Below are positions 20,954-31,291 of a stretch of DNA of 47,861 nucleotides, piece after piece. The number at the start of each line of letters is the position of its first letter. The first letter of the stretch is position 1. This DNA comes from Candidatus Bathyarchaeota archaeon (GTDB lineage: Archaea; Thermoproteota; Bathyarchaeia; 40CM-2-53-6), in NCBI GenBank assembly GCA_963833125.1, contig CAWHWX010000015.1:1-47861 (forward strand). The letters run 5' to 3'. The notes beneath the pieces were generated by a model. It did not search any database and was not told the origin of the DNA. It was given only the letters and a program-made list of their open reading frames with translations. The translations under genes and the position numbers were made by a program.

Positions 20954-22875
20954 TTATTTTCCGTGACGCCTCACTAGCGCCAGGACCGCCAAGCCGAGAA
21001 CAAGCCCCGCAATAATGGATTCCCAGGGAAATCCGGGGATTGGAGCCATTGTCAATGGTGTGGAGACCGTCGATATTTGCGTCACTTGAGAAGAGCTTGT
21101 CGTAGATTGTAGTGTTGCTGTGACGGGGAGCAGTTGACGTCGCTGTGGATAGACGTCGACATTATTCCTATTGACGTTGAGGCCGATGCCGCTGAGGTTG
21201 ACGATATTGCTGTTGATGTTGACGACATCGAAGTCGAAGTAACATTCGATGCTTGAGATTGCAAATTCAACTCGATGCTTCCCGGGCCATTAATGGTCAA
21301 CGGCGGTGGGGTTGGCTGTACTTGCGCAAGTCAGCCCGCCGGTACAGGTCCAGCTAAGGACGCTGTATCCAGCCGGTAGGTTGCATGCGGCCATGGTGGT
21401 AGAACCGAATGCGGTTGTGTAGAAGGAGGCTCCGTTTCCTTGGCCAGGGTTCGAGCATGTCCCCAAATTGACGGTTGCGGATGCAGCTGGGTTGATCATG
21501 ACGTTAACCTGGGCTGCGTAGACAGCTATCAAAACTCCTCCCGAATTGTAAGCCGAACAATCAACGGGGTTTGCTGAATCGCTTGAACAAGCCACTCCGC
21601 CCGCCCATGTCCAATGATCGAATTGCCAACCAGTAGAAGGAGCGGGCAAATTGGCCGTGGCTCCAAAGCTCATCCCACAGGTCGCTTCCGAGCGAGAGTT
21701 TGTCAATGTGTTGCCGCAGGCGGTGATTGTGCCGGGCGAAGTTACATTTGCGAAGTCGGAGGGCAAGGACTGGAACGTAACCGACTCGAGCAACGCCGGG
21801 GCGGTAGTAGAGGATGAAGTTTGGGTGACGGATTGAGTCGTCGACTGGACTGAGGTCTGTGTTGTTGAGACCGTCGTCTGAGTCAACAATTGTGAGGTTG
21901 TTTGGGTAGTCGGTTGGAGCGTAGTTTGCGTGTAGGACTGAGAGGTGGTAGTGAGGAGTGTCGAGCCCCTGTGAGGTGAAGTCTAGCTCAATATTGTAGC
22001 CTGTGAGCGTGACTGTTCGTGTGATTGGGCCGAACCCAGCTCCTTGGGCGGTAACCGTGATTGTTCCTGATGTTCCGATCGGGATGGCGTAGCCGCCGGC
22101 TGAGGCTGAGACCGCGTAGTAGTTGCCACTGCTTGGAGTTATGGTGACGCCGGATATGCCTTCGCCGATGTCGTAGAAGTTGTTGCTGTTTGCATCGTTA
22201 TAGACGACTCCGAGCAGGAAAGGCCCGCCGCTTGCGGAAGTACCGAAATCTTCTGTAATGAAGGCATTACCAATACTGTTTGAGGATGAGCCCTCATAGT
22301 AGCCTACTCCTACTTCCTGATAGGAGGGTGGGGGTTCATTGGGGAAAATGTCAAGCAGGTTTACTCGATGGAGGCGTCCCTGGGTGCCCGAATCAACCAT
22401 CATGAAATCCTCCAACTCGGCCGCGGTTATATCCGTGCCAGCAGCCATATTCTCACCCGCGCTAACATAGCTGTAGCCAGCATTGGACATGCGTTCAAAC
22501 GCTGTCGTCCCGTCCGGGTCGGTGTGACTGAAGTAGTTCTGATTGTACATGTTTTCACTATGCGTTGACGCCGTTCCCAGCAGGATCGGATTCATGGCCA
22601 AGGGTGGTCGAGGACCCACGAGCTCAGGTCCATATGGATCCACTAATCCCTCATGAATATCGATGCCTAACCTTTGCCCCTCTGCTACCGGGTTCGCCGC
22701 GCGCCCGGTTAATGGATTCTAATACCAATTGCTCGTCTGGAGTTGGATTACCAGAATCATAGAGTGATAGAGCTCTGGCTTTCGGGGTCAAGGTAAGCAG
22801 AGAAAGCCCAGAGGCCGTGAGAATGAGAAGGATAAAAGCGAAAGACGCCCCCCGTCGAGCTTTCAACCCCTTCAC
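20954..22875 (-). CDS. Secreted CAP (SCP/PR-1) domain surface protein with Ser/Thr linkers, Cys-rich repeats and IPGF-TM sorting tail (several indels)
   Basis: Signal peptide, then GNPT..EQ..LE.INRAR, HS..M....YFSH, GENMAAG, HRVNLL, EVGVG, TEDFG. Then a carboxypeptidase-regulatory-like beta domain and Thr-rich linkers. C-terminus read manually: APIPGFPWESIIAGLVLGLAVLALVRRHGK*. Confidence 0.78.
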
Positions 22876-23080
22876 TCCTATTCTGACTCCGTTTCAAATC
22901 CGGATTTCGCAGCTAATTTCGTTCGTTTCGACGCGAATCGGATAAGGCTTCGTTGGGGGATGACGTGAGTGATGAAAATGGGTTTGGTAGAGAGATGGGT
23001 TAAAATGACATTATTTTGTGGGGTGCTTGGGAGAGAGAATAACATAAAGCTCCGAGGGACGAATTTTCTTCGATGAGACC

Positions 23081-23422
23081 ATGCGAAACGAAGACATCGA
23101 CAAGAATCGATTACCCACAACGCTCCAAGCATTTATCGAGAGATATCCGAAGGTATGGTCCGCTCATGAGAACCTAGGCTTGGAATGCAAACAAGCAGGT
23201 CCGTTGGACGATAAACAGATTCAACTGATCAAAATTGCCGTGACGGGCTCCCTAACCCTCGAAACAGCTTTCAAGACTCACGTGAAGAAATCGGTACAGG
23301 CTGGAGCCTCAAAGGACGAGATAGAACACACTATAATTCAATTGCTCCCAATCGTAGGAATGGGCAGGACGATGATGGCGATGAAGTGGTATCAGGAATC
23401 CCTTCGCCGGAAACCAACTTAA
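23081..23422 (+). CDS. Carboxymuconolactone decarboxylase (CMD/AhpD-like) family protein
   Basis: GPLD.K...LIKIAV ... H.......GAS..EI ... G. Confidence 0.8.
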   Translation: MRNEDIDKNRLPTTLQAFIERYPKVWSAHENLGLECKQAGPLDDKQIQLIKIAVTGSLTLETAFKTHVKKSVQAGASKDEIEHTIIQLLPIVGMGRTMMAMKWYQESLRRKPT

Positions 23423-23449
23423 TATTCTACTCGTGGTCGCCGCTTCGAC

Positions 23450-24337
23450 ATGCATAGAAAAACGCCTGCAACGATTTTCGTACTCGGAACCAGCGGCTCC
23501 GGCAAGACAACTACGATCGAGTACCTAACCGCGCACCTTACCAAGCTAGGCATTCATGTCGGAGTTATCAAACACATTCACGAGGGCGGTCTAAGCTTAG
23601 ACACTAAAGGAAAGGACACATGGCGGCACGCAAGAGCAGGAGCAGAAATTGTTGTCGCTGTAGCACCCAAGGAAGTCATGGCGTTCAAGAAGACAGCAGC
23701 TGAAAATAGGCTTGCTGGGGTAATCAAGAGTTTGCGTGCGGAGCCCATCGATGTCCTCTTCTTGGAAGGCTTCTCAGGAGAATCAACAAAACATTCCTAC
23801 AAGATCGTTACAGCACGCGATGCTGCCGACCTTAGGTACACGCTACGCAAGATCACGCCTCCGATCCTCGCCGTCACTGGGCCCGTGGCTCGAAATTCAA
23901 GCGGGAGGCTGAAAGCAGTTGAACTTCCATCTCAAGGAGCTACGCTGACATCCATTGTCCGGCGATTGATCCGGCCTTCTGAATTGCATCGATTTTTGGT
24001 AGGAGCATCGAAAGACCACGGTGGTAAATGCGTCGGACTGGCAGTGGGGATGCGGGCCAGCTATCTGGCGTCAAACCTTCTCGGAGATCTATCTTCAAGT
24101 GAGGCTACTTTCGGAACTAAACGCTGTATCATTGAGGCGTTTAGATACATGTATCCGAAACTGCGAGTTAAAGTGCAAAACAGAAGGAATGATCTGATCA
24201 CAATTCGGAAGGAAGGTGTGAAGTTGTTGATTCAGCTGGCTCCCAAAAAGGAATACAGCAGACCTGAAGAGGTGTTGAATGTTCCGGATGACGAGCTATT
24301 TGAATCGGTGAAAACGCTTCAATTTCTCACGGGGTAA
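23450..24337 (+). CDS. mobB: MobB (molybdopterin-guanine dinucleotide biosynthesis protein B) fused to an FmdE-like domain
   Basis: GTSGSGKTT, GVIKH.H, D..GKDTWRH..AGA, D.LFLEGF. C-terminal HGGKCVGLAVGMRAS resembles the FmdE HG..C.G...G.R motif. Confidence 0.8.
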   Translation: MHRKTPATIFVLGTSGSGKTTTIEYLTAHLTKLGIHVGVIKHIHEGGLSLDTKGKDTWRHARAGAEIVVAVAPKEVMAFKKTAAENRLAGVIKSLRAEPIDVLFLEGFSGESTKHSYKIVTARDAADLRYTLRKITPPILAVTGPVARNSSGRLKAVELPSQGATLTSIVRRLIRPSELHRFLVGASKDHGGKCVGLAVGMRASYLASNLLGDLSSSEATFGTKRCIIEAFRYMYPKLRVKVQNRRNDLITIRKEGVKLLIQLAPKKEYSRPEEVLNVPDDELFESVKTLQFLTG

Positions 24338-25748
24338 CCTTCGTGGTTGATTGGGTGTTGAAGATCTTCTCATAAATTTCAGCCTGCCTGCACTTCGGAC
24401 AGAGCCTGATCACGCTTTCGTTGCCTTGAATCATGCCTGAAACTTTCTTGAACATTTTCACTGAGATGAATGGAGTCTTACATCTCGTACACTGTAACAT
24501 CTCGTCTTTGTAGACAGTTCTCGTCGATACCATGATTGGCCCGTTCATCTGGGATAGCGTTATCGATCGTTCTGGGCAGATTTTTGCGCAAAGCCCACAA
24601 CCAGTGCATTCTTCGGGAGTGAAATCGAGTTTATCCAGTTGAATTGCGAGGGCATCGTGAGGACAGGAGTCTACGCATGCATAGCAGAGTGTGCATGAGT
24701 CGGCTACGTCCATCGTCGTTAGATTGAGTCCGGCTGCCAGCGCCTGTTGGCTTGATATCGATTTGAGAGATTTCACATAATCCTTCCACGCACTTCCCGT
24801 TTGACTAATTGGCTTGTTACGCATTCGAGCGGAGCTGTGAATCTCTTTCATCTTCGCAGCGTCCAGTTTTCCCTCGACGTAAGCAACGACGGGTCCGTTT
24901 TCATCCATTAATGATGCGATCAGGTTCGCTGCACGTTTTGCATTTTCTTTGGCAGCACACAATCCATCTGCGCAATGAACGAGGACTGTATCGATAGAAG
25001 AATCCGCCGCCAAGGCGAGTTGTCTGACTCCCATGATCCCAATTCCAGGTACCTCTTCTACAACGAGCCATGGTTGCGGTGTGACACTCCGTTCGTTACA
25101 GGTTATTACGAGCGTTTTCGTGGGGGCTAAGGATGATTGTATAGCAGCAAGTAAGCCATGGTAGGCGTCTTCGGAGAATTGCGGGATCTGGATAGCTGCC
25201 ACCGGGCAGACGCCTGCGCATAGTCCACACCTTATGCAGGCCTCGCTCGAAACAGCTACCGAATCGGTTTCAATTTTCAGTGCACCTGGCGCTGGGCATG
25301 CATCAACGCATTTGGAGCATCCGAACTTAGCCTCACACGAATCGTCCAACACGATTGGTGTGTCGTTGGAGCTGATGGAGTTGCGCCGTAATGGTAGTAA
25401 GAGAAGTTCCCGCCTGGAGAAAACTTGCTTGCGCGGGACGTCTTTTCTTGCGTGGAGCATGTCTGACTTCGTGAGTCTGCCAAGTTTTGCATCTACTAAG
25501 AAGAGAGCCTCATCTACCGTAGCCGTCCTCTGTACGACAATTGTTTCCTTTAGCTGCGCTCCTATCTCCGTTGCCGGGAAGTCATCGCTCCTTATCAGAA
25601 GCACGGCTTGTGAGTCAACGTTTGAGGAGAGATTGATGTTGTTGGTTTCGTCGTAGACTACCGTTTCGCTCCAGTGGGAACGAATGTGCGCTGCAATGTT
25701 CTCTCTGAGTACCGGTTCCAAATCAGAACAGTAAACGACCGTCCTCAT
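24327..25748 (-). CDS. Polyferredoxin / multi-4Fe-4S protein
   Basis: C....GCSKCVDACP, CIRCGLCAGVCP, CTLCYACVDSCP, CTGCGLCAKICP, plus C-terminal CTRC...CPKC. Confidence 0.85.
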   Translation of the reverse strand: MRTVVYCSDLEPVLRENIAAHIRSHWSETVVYDETNNINLSSNVDSQAVLLIRSDDFPATEIGAQLKETIVVQRTATVDEALFLVDAKLGRLTKSDMLHARKDVPRKQVFSRRELLLLPLRRNSISSNDTPIVLDDSCEAKFGCSKCVDACPAPGALKIETDSVAVSSEACIRCGLCAGVCPVAAIQIPQFSEDAYHGLLAAIQSSLAPTKTLVITCNERSVTPQPWLVVEEVPGIGIMGVRQLALAADSSIDTVLVHCADGLCAAKENAKRAANLIASLMDENGPVVAYVEGKLDAAKMKEIHSSARMRNKPISQTGSAWKDYVKSLKSISSQQALAAGLNLTTMDVADSCTLCYACVDSCPHDALAIQLDKLDFTPEECTGCGLCAKICPERSITLSQMNGPIMVSTRTVYKDEMLQCTRCKTPFISVKMFKKVSGMIQGNESVIRLCPKCRQAEIYEKIFNTQSTTKVTP

Positions 25749-26398
25749 TCGGAGCTACTTCCTATGAGGTACTCAGATTCATTCTTGACAAACGCTTTCA
25801 ATAATTCTGCTGCCGATCTATAGAAGGATGAGTTTGTCGACTTAAGAACGCAATCTGCAAACCTTTCAACCCATGGTTCAAGGTGTTCCTTAAGAAATTC
25901 TTGTTCCATCTTCTTTCTTCTAGTCGATTCTTCTGAATTGCCTTGCCCAATGTCTTTGAGTTCTTCAGCGCAGAGAAAATGCATGAATTCCATCTCGACG
26001 GCTATGTGGTCTGGCAGGTCAGTAAAATTCTTGGGCATCACTAGGCCTGCTTCTGCGTACCTGTGTCGCACGTCTGCGGTCGATGGACCCATTACGAGTC
26101 CCTTCTCTAATATCGGTCTATCTTGGCGGTGAACGGATTCGTATGGAGGACAGGGAACACGGCCGGGACCAACAAATAATCTGAGATATTCTTTGCTTAA
26201 AGGCGCCACGGACAGGTCTTGGGTGCTATTCTCATTACCTATGGACCTGTCGTTTGCACCTAGTGACTGGTGTGCTTGTAAGATTGCTTCGTATAGTTTT
26301 CCGGATTCCTTTTTTGGTGGAGAGAAGGCGAGGGCGAGGATACCGTATACGTTAGCTCTGAACTCATATTCCTCAGTTACTTTAGAACTCGTCGTCAC
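25745..26398 (-). CDS. TorD/DmsD family redox enzyme maturation chaperone
   Basis: EY.RLFVGP, PPYES, PDHIAVEMEFM, FL.EHL..W. Confidence 0.92.
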   Translation of the reverse strand: MTTSSKVTEEYEFRANVYGILALAFSPPKKESGKLYEAILQAHQSLGANDRSIGNENSTQDLSVAPLSKEYLRLFVGPGRVPCPPYESVHRQDRPILEKGLVMGPSTADVRHRYAEAGLVMPKNFTDLPDHIAVEMEFMHFLCAEELKDIGQGNSEESTRRKKMEQEFLKEHLEPWVERFADCVLKSTNSSFYRSAAELLKAFVKNESEYLIGSSSE

Positions 26399-26435
26399 TC
26401 TTCCCTCCTCTTTCCACGGTGATGTGACCCGTGGG

Positions 26436-26732
26436 TTATGCCAGTATAAGTGAGCCTATGGCAGTTATCACTACGAATACTGCAAGGTAGCCGATTATGA
26501 GCAACGCTAACCATACTATGTAGTTCTTCAGTGACAACGTGTTTGCTAGAGCTGCAGAAAGTAGGATAATTATTCCCAACAACCAGAGAAGTGGGGCCCA
26601 AAGCACGCCTGTGCTTGCGAGTGGAATTGACACCACAAGATCAGTTGAGTCTCCTGTCACCCAAAGTGCAACACCCACAACTACCAAGATTAAACCTACA
26701 AGGCCGACAGCGATAGCTACAATTCTTGCCAT
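26436..26732 (-). CDS. Small integral membrane protein (3 TM) in the Mo-enzyme operon
   Basis: Almost entirely hydrophobic 98-aa ORF that starts 3 nt after the nrfD-like stop. Confidence 0.6.
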   Translation of the reverse strand: MARIVAIAVGLVGLILVVVGVALWVTGDSTDLVVSIPLASTGVLWAPLLWLLGIIILLSAALANTLSLKNYIVWLALLIIGYLAVFVVITAIGSLILA

Positions 26733-26735
26733 TTC

Positions 26736-28055
26736 TTATTCCCTCACAACATCCAATTCGATTATTGGAAACATTTTGATGAACAACAGGTATAGTAGAG
26801 CTGCCATCCAGAATGTACCCAGTATGATGGATGCTTCGGTTACCGTTGGAATGTAGATGCCGGTCTGATACAATGGTGGATTGAGTAGAGAAGGCACCAC
26901 TATTGTGAATCGCTTGATCCAGAAAGCTATGTTCAGAATTATTGATGCGATGAATATCAGCGTAGGGTTGAACATCCGTTTCGAGAAGACCGGCATGAGC
27001 AGAATTAGTGTAGGTATACCGAATCCGATAATTACTAATGGCCAGAAGATCAGTGCGAAGGGGCCACTCCATAAGAAGTCGGAGACCCTCAGTTGGGCCG
27101 ATGGGCCCATGTAGTTTGTGGTGAGTTCTTCCGCAATCCAGAGGTATAGGTATATGATTAGCACATTTCTGAGAGCCCATGAGATTCCTTTGAGGACTTC
27201 ATCGGTGATCAGTGATTGCCATTTGTAGCGCCATCTGAATATCCATGCCAGTGAGTAGACGGCTGCGACGCCGCTGACGATTGCGCCGACTACGAAGTAG
27301 ATTGCGAAGATTGTGGAGTACCACTCGGCTCTAGCTACCATTAGACCGAAGACGAAAGAGACGACGCTGTGTACGGTGACCATTATTGGGATGATGGCTA
27401 TTGCGAGCCACCATAGTGTCTGCGTGTGTCTCGCCTTCTCGGTTTCAGTTCCTTCGTAGTTCATGGCCAGGCGTTTGTAGAACTTTTCCCGTCTTGGTAG
27501 CTTGCGTACTAACTCGTCGATGTCGCCTCGTAAGCTGAGGTAGAGGTAGATGATGGTTGCCATGAAATAGGTTGTAATCGCTGAGAGATCCCATAGCAAA
27601 GGAGCCTGGAATCTACCGAACTGGAGCAGGTTGAACAGTCTATCTGGGCGTCCTACGTCAAACACGATTGACATCGCCGCCATCGGCAACGCCACCAAAG
27701 TTAGAACTTCAGCCATTCGCGCGACGACTTTGTATTTGTAAAGATTCATGAGCCTCACCGAGGCTGAAATCGCAATTCCAGCGTGGCTTATGCCAATCCA
27801 GAAGATGAAAGTGGTAACGTAGATACCCCAAGGAGAACCACCAGCAACTCCATATGCCATGTAGTTGGGTGCGTTGTACACGCTACGCATCCCAGTTACT
27901 ATGAGCCCTTGGCTTAGCTGTGTGTACCAGCAGTACAGGAACCATCCTGTCAAAACCAACAGGGCACCAACGATGACGTAAAATACCGTTCCAGTCTCGA
28001 GAAGCGGCTGTAGAAGCGCGCCTTCATCAACCTTCACGGTAGAGTCCTTCTTCAA
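26736..28055 (-). CDS. NrfD/PsrC family membrane anchor (about 10 TM, DsrP/ActC-like length)
   Basis: PWGIY...F.FWIGI.HAG, D.GRP.R, SP/APL.WD...I..Y, HSVVS..F, KRF.IVVP.L. Confidence 0.9.
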   Translation of the reverse strand: MKKDSTVKVDEGALLQPLLETGTVFYVIVGALLVLTGWFLYCWYTQLSQGLIVTGMRSVYNAPNYMAYGVAGGSPWGIYVTTFIFWIGISHAGIAISASVRLMNLYKYKVVARMAEVLTLVALPMAAMSIVFDVGRPDRLFNLLQFGRFQAPLLWDLSAITTYFMATIIYLYLSLRGDIDELVRKLPRREKFYKRLAMNYEGTETEKARHTQTLWWLAIAIIPIMVTVHSVVSFVFGLMVARAEWYSTIFAIYFVVGAIVSGVAAVYSLAWIFRWRYKWQSLITDEVLKGISWALRNVLIIYLYLWIAEELTTNYMGPSAQLRVSDFLWSGPFALIFWPLVIIGFGIPTLILLMPVFSKRMFNPTLIFIASIILNIAFWIKRFTIVVPSLLNPPLYQTGIYIPTVTEASIILGTFWMAALLYLLFIKMFPIIELDVVRE

Positions 28056-28720
28056 GTCGCGCTCACCTCCTGAGGCCTCGTAGGATTACGAGGTGGCACG
28101 TAATACACTGAAGGTTCTGTTCCTAACTCTTCGCGAAGCCTAACCGTAGGTTTCGTCTCGATTATTTGTGAAACCTGGCTGTTCGGGTCGTCAAGGTCGC
28201 CGAAGAACCGTGCGCCTGCGGGACAAACTTCTATGCATGCGGGCGTGAAGTTCCCCACATCGACTCTGTGGAAGCAGAACGTGCACTTTTCCGCAACACC
28301 AACCGGCCTCACAGGGACCGCCGGTGCTCCTAGCTTGAATTGAGAGCTGTCGGGGACCTGCACAGGCGCACTCCAGTTGAACGCCGGTATACCGTATGGG
28401 CACGCAACTAGGCAATAACGGCAACCGATGCATCTGTCCCAGTCAAGGAAGACGATCCCGTCATCCCGTTTTCGAAGCGCGCCTACCGGGGATACCTTAA
28501 CGCAAGGCGCGTTGTCGCAGTGTTGACAATTAATAGGCATGTAAGTCATTCTTACATCCGGATAAGTGCCCGAAGGCGTGTCCATCTCCTTACCTCCAGT
28601 TGTTAGGATACGGTTCCACCATATTCCGAGGGGCTCGTTGTTCTCTGCTTTACAGCCAAGGGCGCATGTCCAGCAACCTAAACATCTGCTCAGATCAATT
28701 ATCATGGTTAATTTTGTCAA
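28052..28720 (-). CDS. Four-cluster Fe-S electron-transfer subunit (DmsB/NrfC/PsrB family)
   Basis: CLGCWTCALGC, CQHCDNAPCVKV(S)P, CIGCRYCLVACP, KCTFC.HR...PAC...CP, FGDL.DP.S. Confidence 0.92.
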   Translation of the reverse strand: MTKLTMIIDLSRCLGCWTCALGCKAENNEPLGIWWNRILTTGGKEMDTPSGTYPDVRMTYMPINCQHCDNAPCVKVSPVGALRKRDDGIVFLDWDRCIGCRYCLVACPYGIPAFNWSAPVQVPDSSQFKLGAPAVPVRPVGVAEKCTFCFHRVDVGNFTPACIEVCPAGARFFGDLDDPNSQVSQIIETKPTVRLREELGTEPSVYYVPPRNPTRPQEVSAT

Positions 28721-28731
28721 CTCATTTCACC

Positions 28732-31228
28732 CTATGATTTCTTCACTTCAACCAGAGTATCGTAATACGTGGTGTTAGACTGGAACAGGAAGACGACGGA
28801 CTGTGCCGGGTTAATTTTCTGATGCGTGAGCATGTTTACTGTAGCCGTAGGGAATTCCTGCCAATCACCTTGGTATGCGTTGACAACGCCGGGCCGAATG
28901 CCTTCAGTTATCCTGGTCAGAAGTTGAATTGAACCACGATCGTTGAAAACTGTCACCGTATCGCCGTCATTGATCCCTCTAGCTTGAGCGTCGATCGAAT
29001 TTATTTCGAGAAACGATTTGGGAATAATTTCTCGAAGCCATGGCAAGTTGTCCCATTGAGTGTGAGTTCTGAACTTTGTGTGAGATGTGAGGAAGACGAG
29101 TGGATATTTCTGGTACAGTGGATTAGTCGGCGAAGCCTCAATCGGTTCATTGTAGATGGGGAGAGGCATTGAGTAAGGGACAAGGGATTCTGTGTAGAAT
29201 TCTATTCTTCCTGACGGTGTAGGGAAGTGTTGTTGGTAGTATGGGACATAGGGATGTGTGATAGGTTGGAATGCAGCAGTTCCATAATCTTTGTCTGCCA
29301 ATGCGACGACACCCTTCGCTCTTCAGCGTATCCAACGTTAACCCGGATGGTAGACCGCTTAGCAGTAGGCTAAGGTAGTCGTCGGGAGTCTTGTCGAAGT
29401 AGTTTCCCTGCCCCATCTTCTGAGCGACTTCGGCGAACATGTCAAGATCGGACTTGCACTCCCAGAGTGGATCAATTATTTTCGGCATGTACTGGAAGTA
29501 GTAGTTGCCCCCTGGGAGCATGTCCTCTCGCTCGTATTGCGTGGCGCATGGTAGAACTATGTCGGCGTATTGAGCCGTCGGCGACAGAAACATATCTGAG
29601 ACTACAACGAAATCGAGCGCCTTGAGCGCCGCGATTGTGCGGTTCGTATCACCCTGTTGGTTAACGAAATTGTCTACTGGGAACCAAGCGGCCTTCACCG
29701 GGAATGGTTTACCCGTTTCCACGGTGGCGCAGAATGAGAGTGGAGGAAGGTAAGTGTACGCCTTCTTGTCGGGGTTCAACCAGTCGGGAAGATCGAGCGC
29801 GGCGTCCAGCAAAGCGCCGTTGTAAGTTGTGACGCCGCCGCCGTGTACTCCTATGTAGCCGCATATGGCGGAGAGCGTTATCATTGCCCTGTAGGTTAAG
29901 TCGCCGTAGAACCAATGTGAAATTCCACCGAAACCAGCTTTGATCGCCGCGGGGGATCTGAGTGGCGAATTCCTTCGCGAGATTCTCTATAATCGAAGCA
30001 GGAATTCCCGTTATCTTCTCCGCTTCAGAAGTAGGATACTGACTCACCAGATCAACGAGCAATTGAAAGGCGGGTTTACACGTAGTTTTGGCAGCGCTGT
30101 ATGAACCGGTGAGAGAAGGTGCTATGCCGCTTTGATCGTAGGGAACAATTGATTTGCTATTAGAGTCATATACCATGTACTTGGTCGAGGTCCCAGTTGT
30201 TACGTCCTTTTCCCTGAGAAAGAGCTGTGTGTCTTGTCGGACCAAGAAGGGCCCAACGGTGTAGTTTGTTATATAATCTGAATTGTGGAGCTGCTCGTTT
30301 ATGATCACATTGATCATGCTGAGGGCCAGCGCTCCATCGGTTCCGGGGCGAATGGAAATCCACTGGTCGGAGAGAGTTGCGGTAGATGTGTATCTTGGGT
30401 CGATGTTCACTACTTTCGCCGTAGTGCCGTTCGGGTTCAGCTGGGTTACCCCTTCAGAGGTAATGGTGCCTTCTCGTGCGTCGAGCACGAATCGCATGTC
30501 TGGCACGTCAGTTTCAGCCAGGTTGTTGCCCCAAAGGATGATCATACGTGAGTTTCGTAAGTCTGAGAGATCATGACCGTCGAACGATCCAAGGATCTCA
30601 TTTGCGCCACAGGGACTTGCCGAGTCGCCTTCATTATCTCCTTCAAAGTCACCGGCGCTCGCTCCAATTACGCTCGCGAACCTGTATCCTGCGCCGATTA
30701 CCCCGTTTAACGCGGAAAGACTTCCCGTGTAAGGTGCGATGTATACGGCTGTAGGGTCCATACTTTTGGGCGATTTCTGTGAATTTGCTTGCGATGGTGG
30801 TTGTTGCTTCATCCCAGGATATCTGTTCCCATTGTCCACTCCCGCGGGGGCCAGTGCTTTTCATTGGATATTTCAGTCGGTCTGGGTGGTAGACGTATTG
30901 AATGTTAGAGATTCCACGCAAGCACACTCTCGGCGGAAAATTGGGATCGTTGAAGGTCGCGTTACTTATCCTCGTAATGTTACCGTCAATAACGGTAACA
31001 GATAGTCCACACGATCCGTCGCAATTGTTGCAGTGCGCAGTTCTGAATATTTGAGGCAGACTGCTCGCGCTTTGGAAGAGGAATCTTAGAGGATACGCGT
31101 TGTAAAGCGTTCAGGACGGTCCCGTCTGAAGAGACTGCGCCGTATGTAAAAAGCCCGCCCGTGATCGCGGATAATTTGAGAAAATCTCGACGGTCTAGTC
31201 TGACTCCTGTATTCCTAGTTTGAGCCAA
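28732..31228 (-). CDS. Tat-exported Mo/W-bis-PGD oxidoreductase catalytic subunit (DMSO reductase family; at least 4 indels)
   Basis: RRDFLK Tat motif, HCNNCDGSC...CLRG, DRLKYPM, ISWDEA, WGNN.AET, IDPR.T.TA, IRPGTDGAL, D.F...TA.YADIVLP, TPSGRIE, H...RTH, DA..RGI.DGD. Spread over five ORF fragments. Confidence 0.9.
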
Positions 31229-31291
31229 TGCGAATACCTAAACTGGACTCACGCGGAGAACACATTAAGAGGCCTCTGCACGCATTCTACA

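Noticed and set aside
21090-21960. Low-complexity GTT/GAC-rich stretches resembling tandem repeats or a CRISPR array
   Set aside because: They encode Ser/Thr-rich linkers. No fixed-length repeat-spacer structure or cas genes appear anywhere in the window.
22940-23080. GTGATGA (C-box-like) suggesting a C/D-box sRNA
   Set aside because: No matching CTGA D box at a suitable distance, and the region is a divergent promoter.
23990-24337. FmdE-like domain as evidence of methanogenesis or formylmethanofuran dehydrogenase
   Set aside because: No fmd/fwd catalytic subunits nearby, and FmdE domains are widespread outside that pathway.
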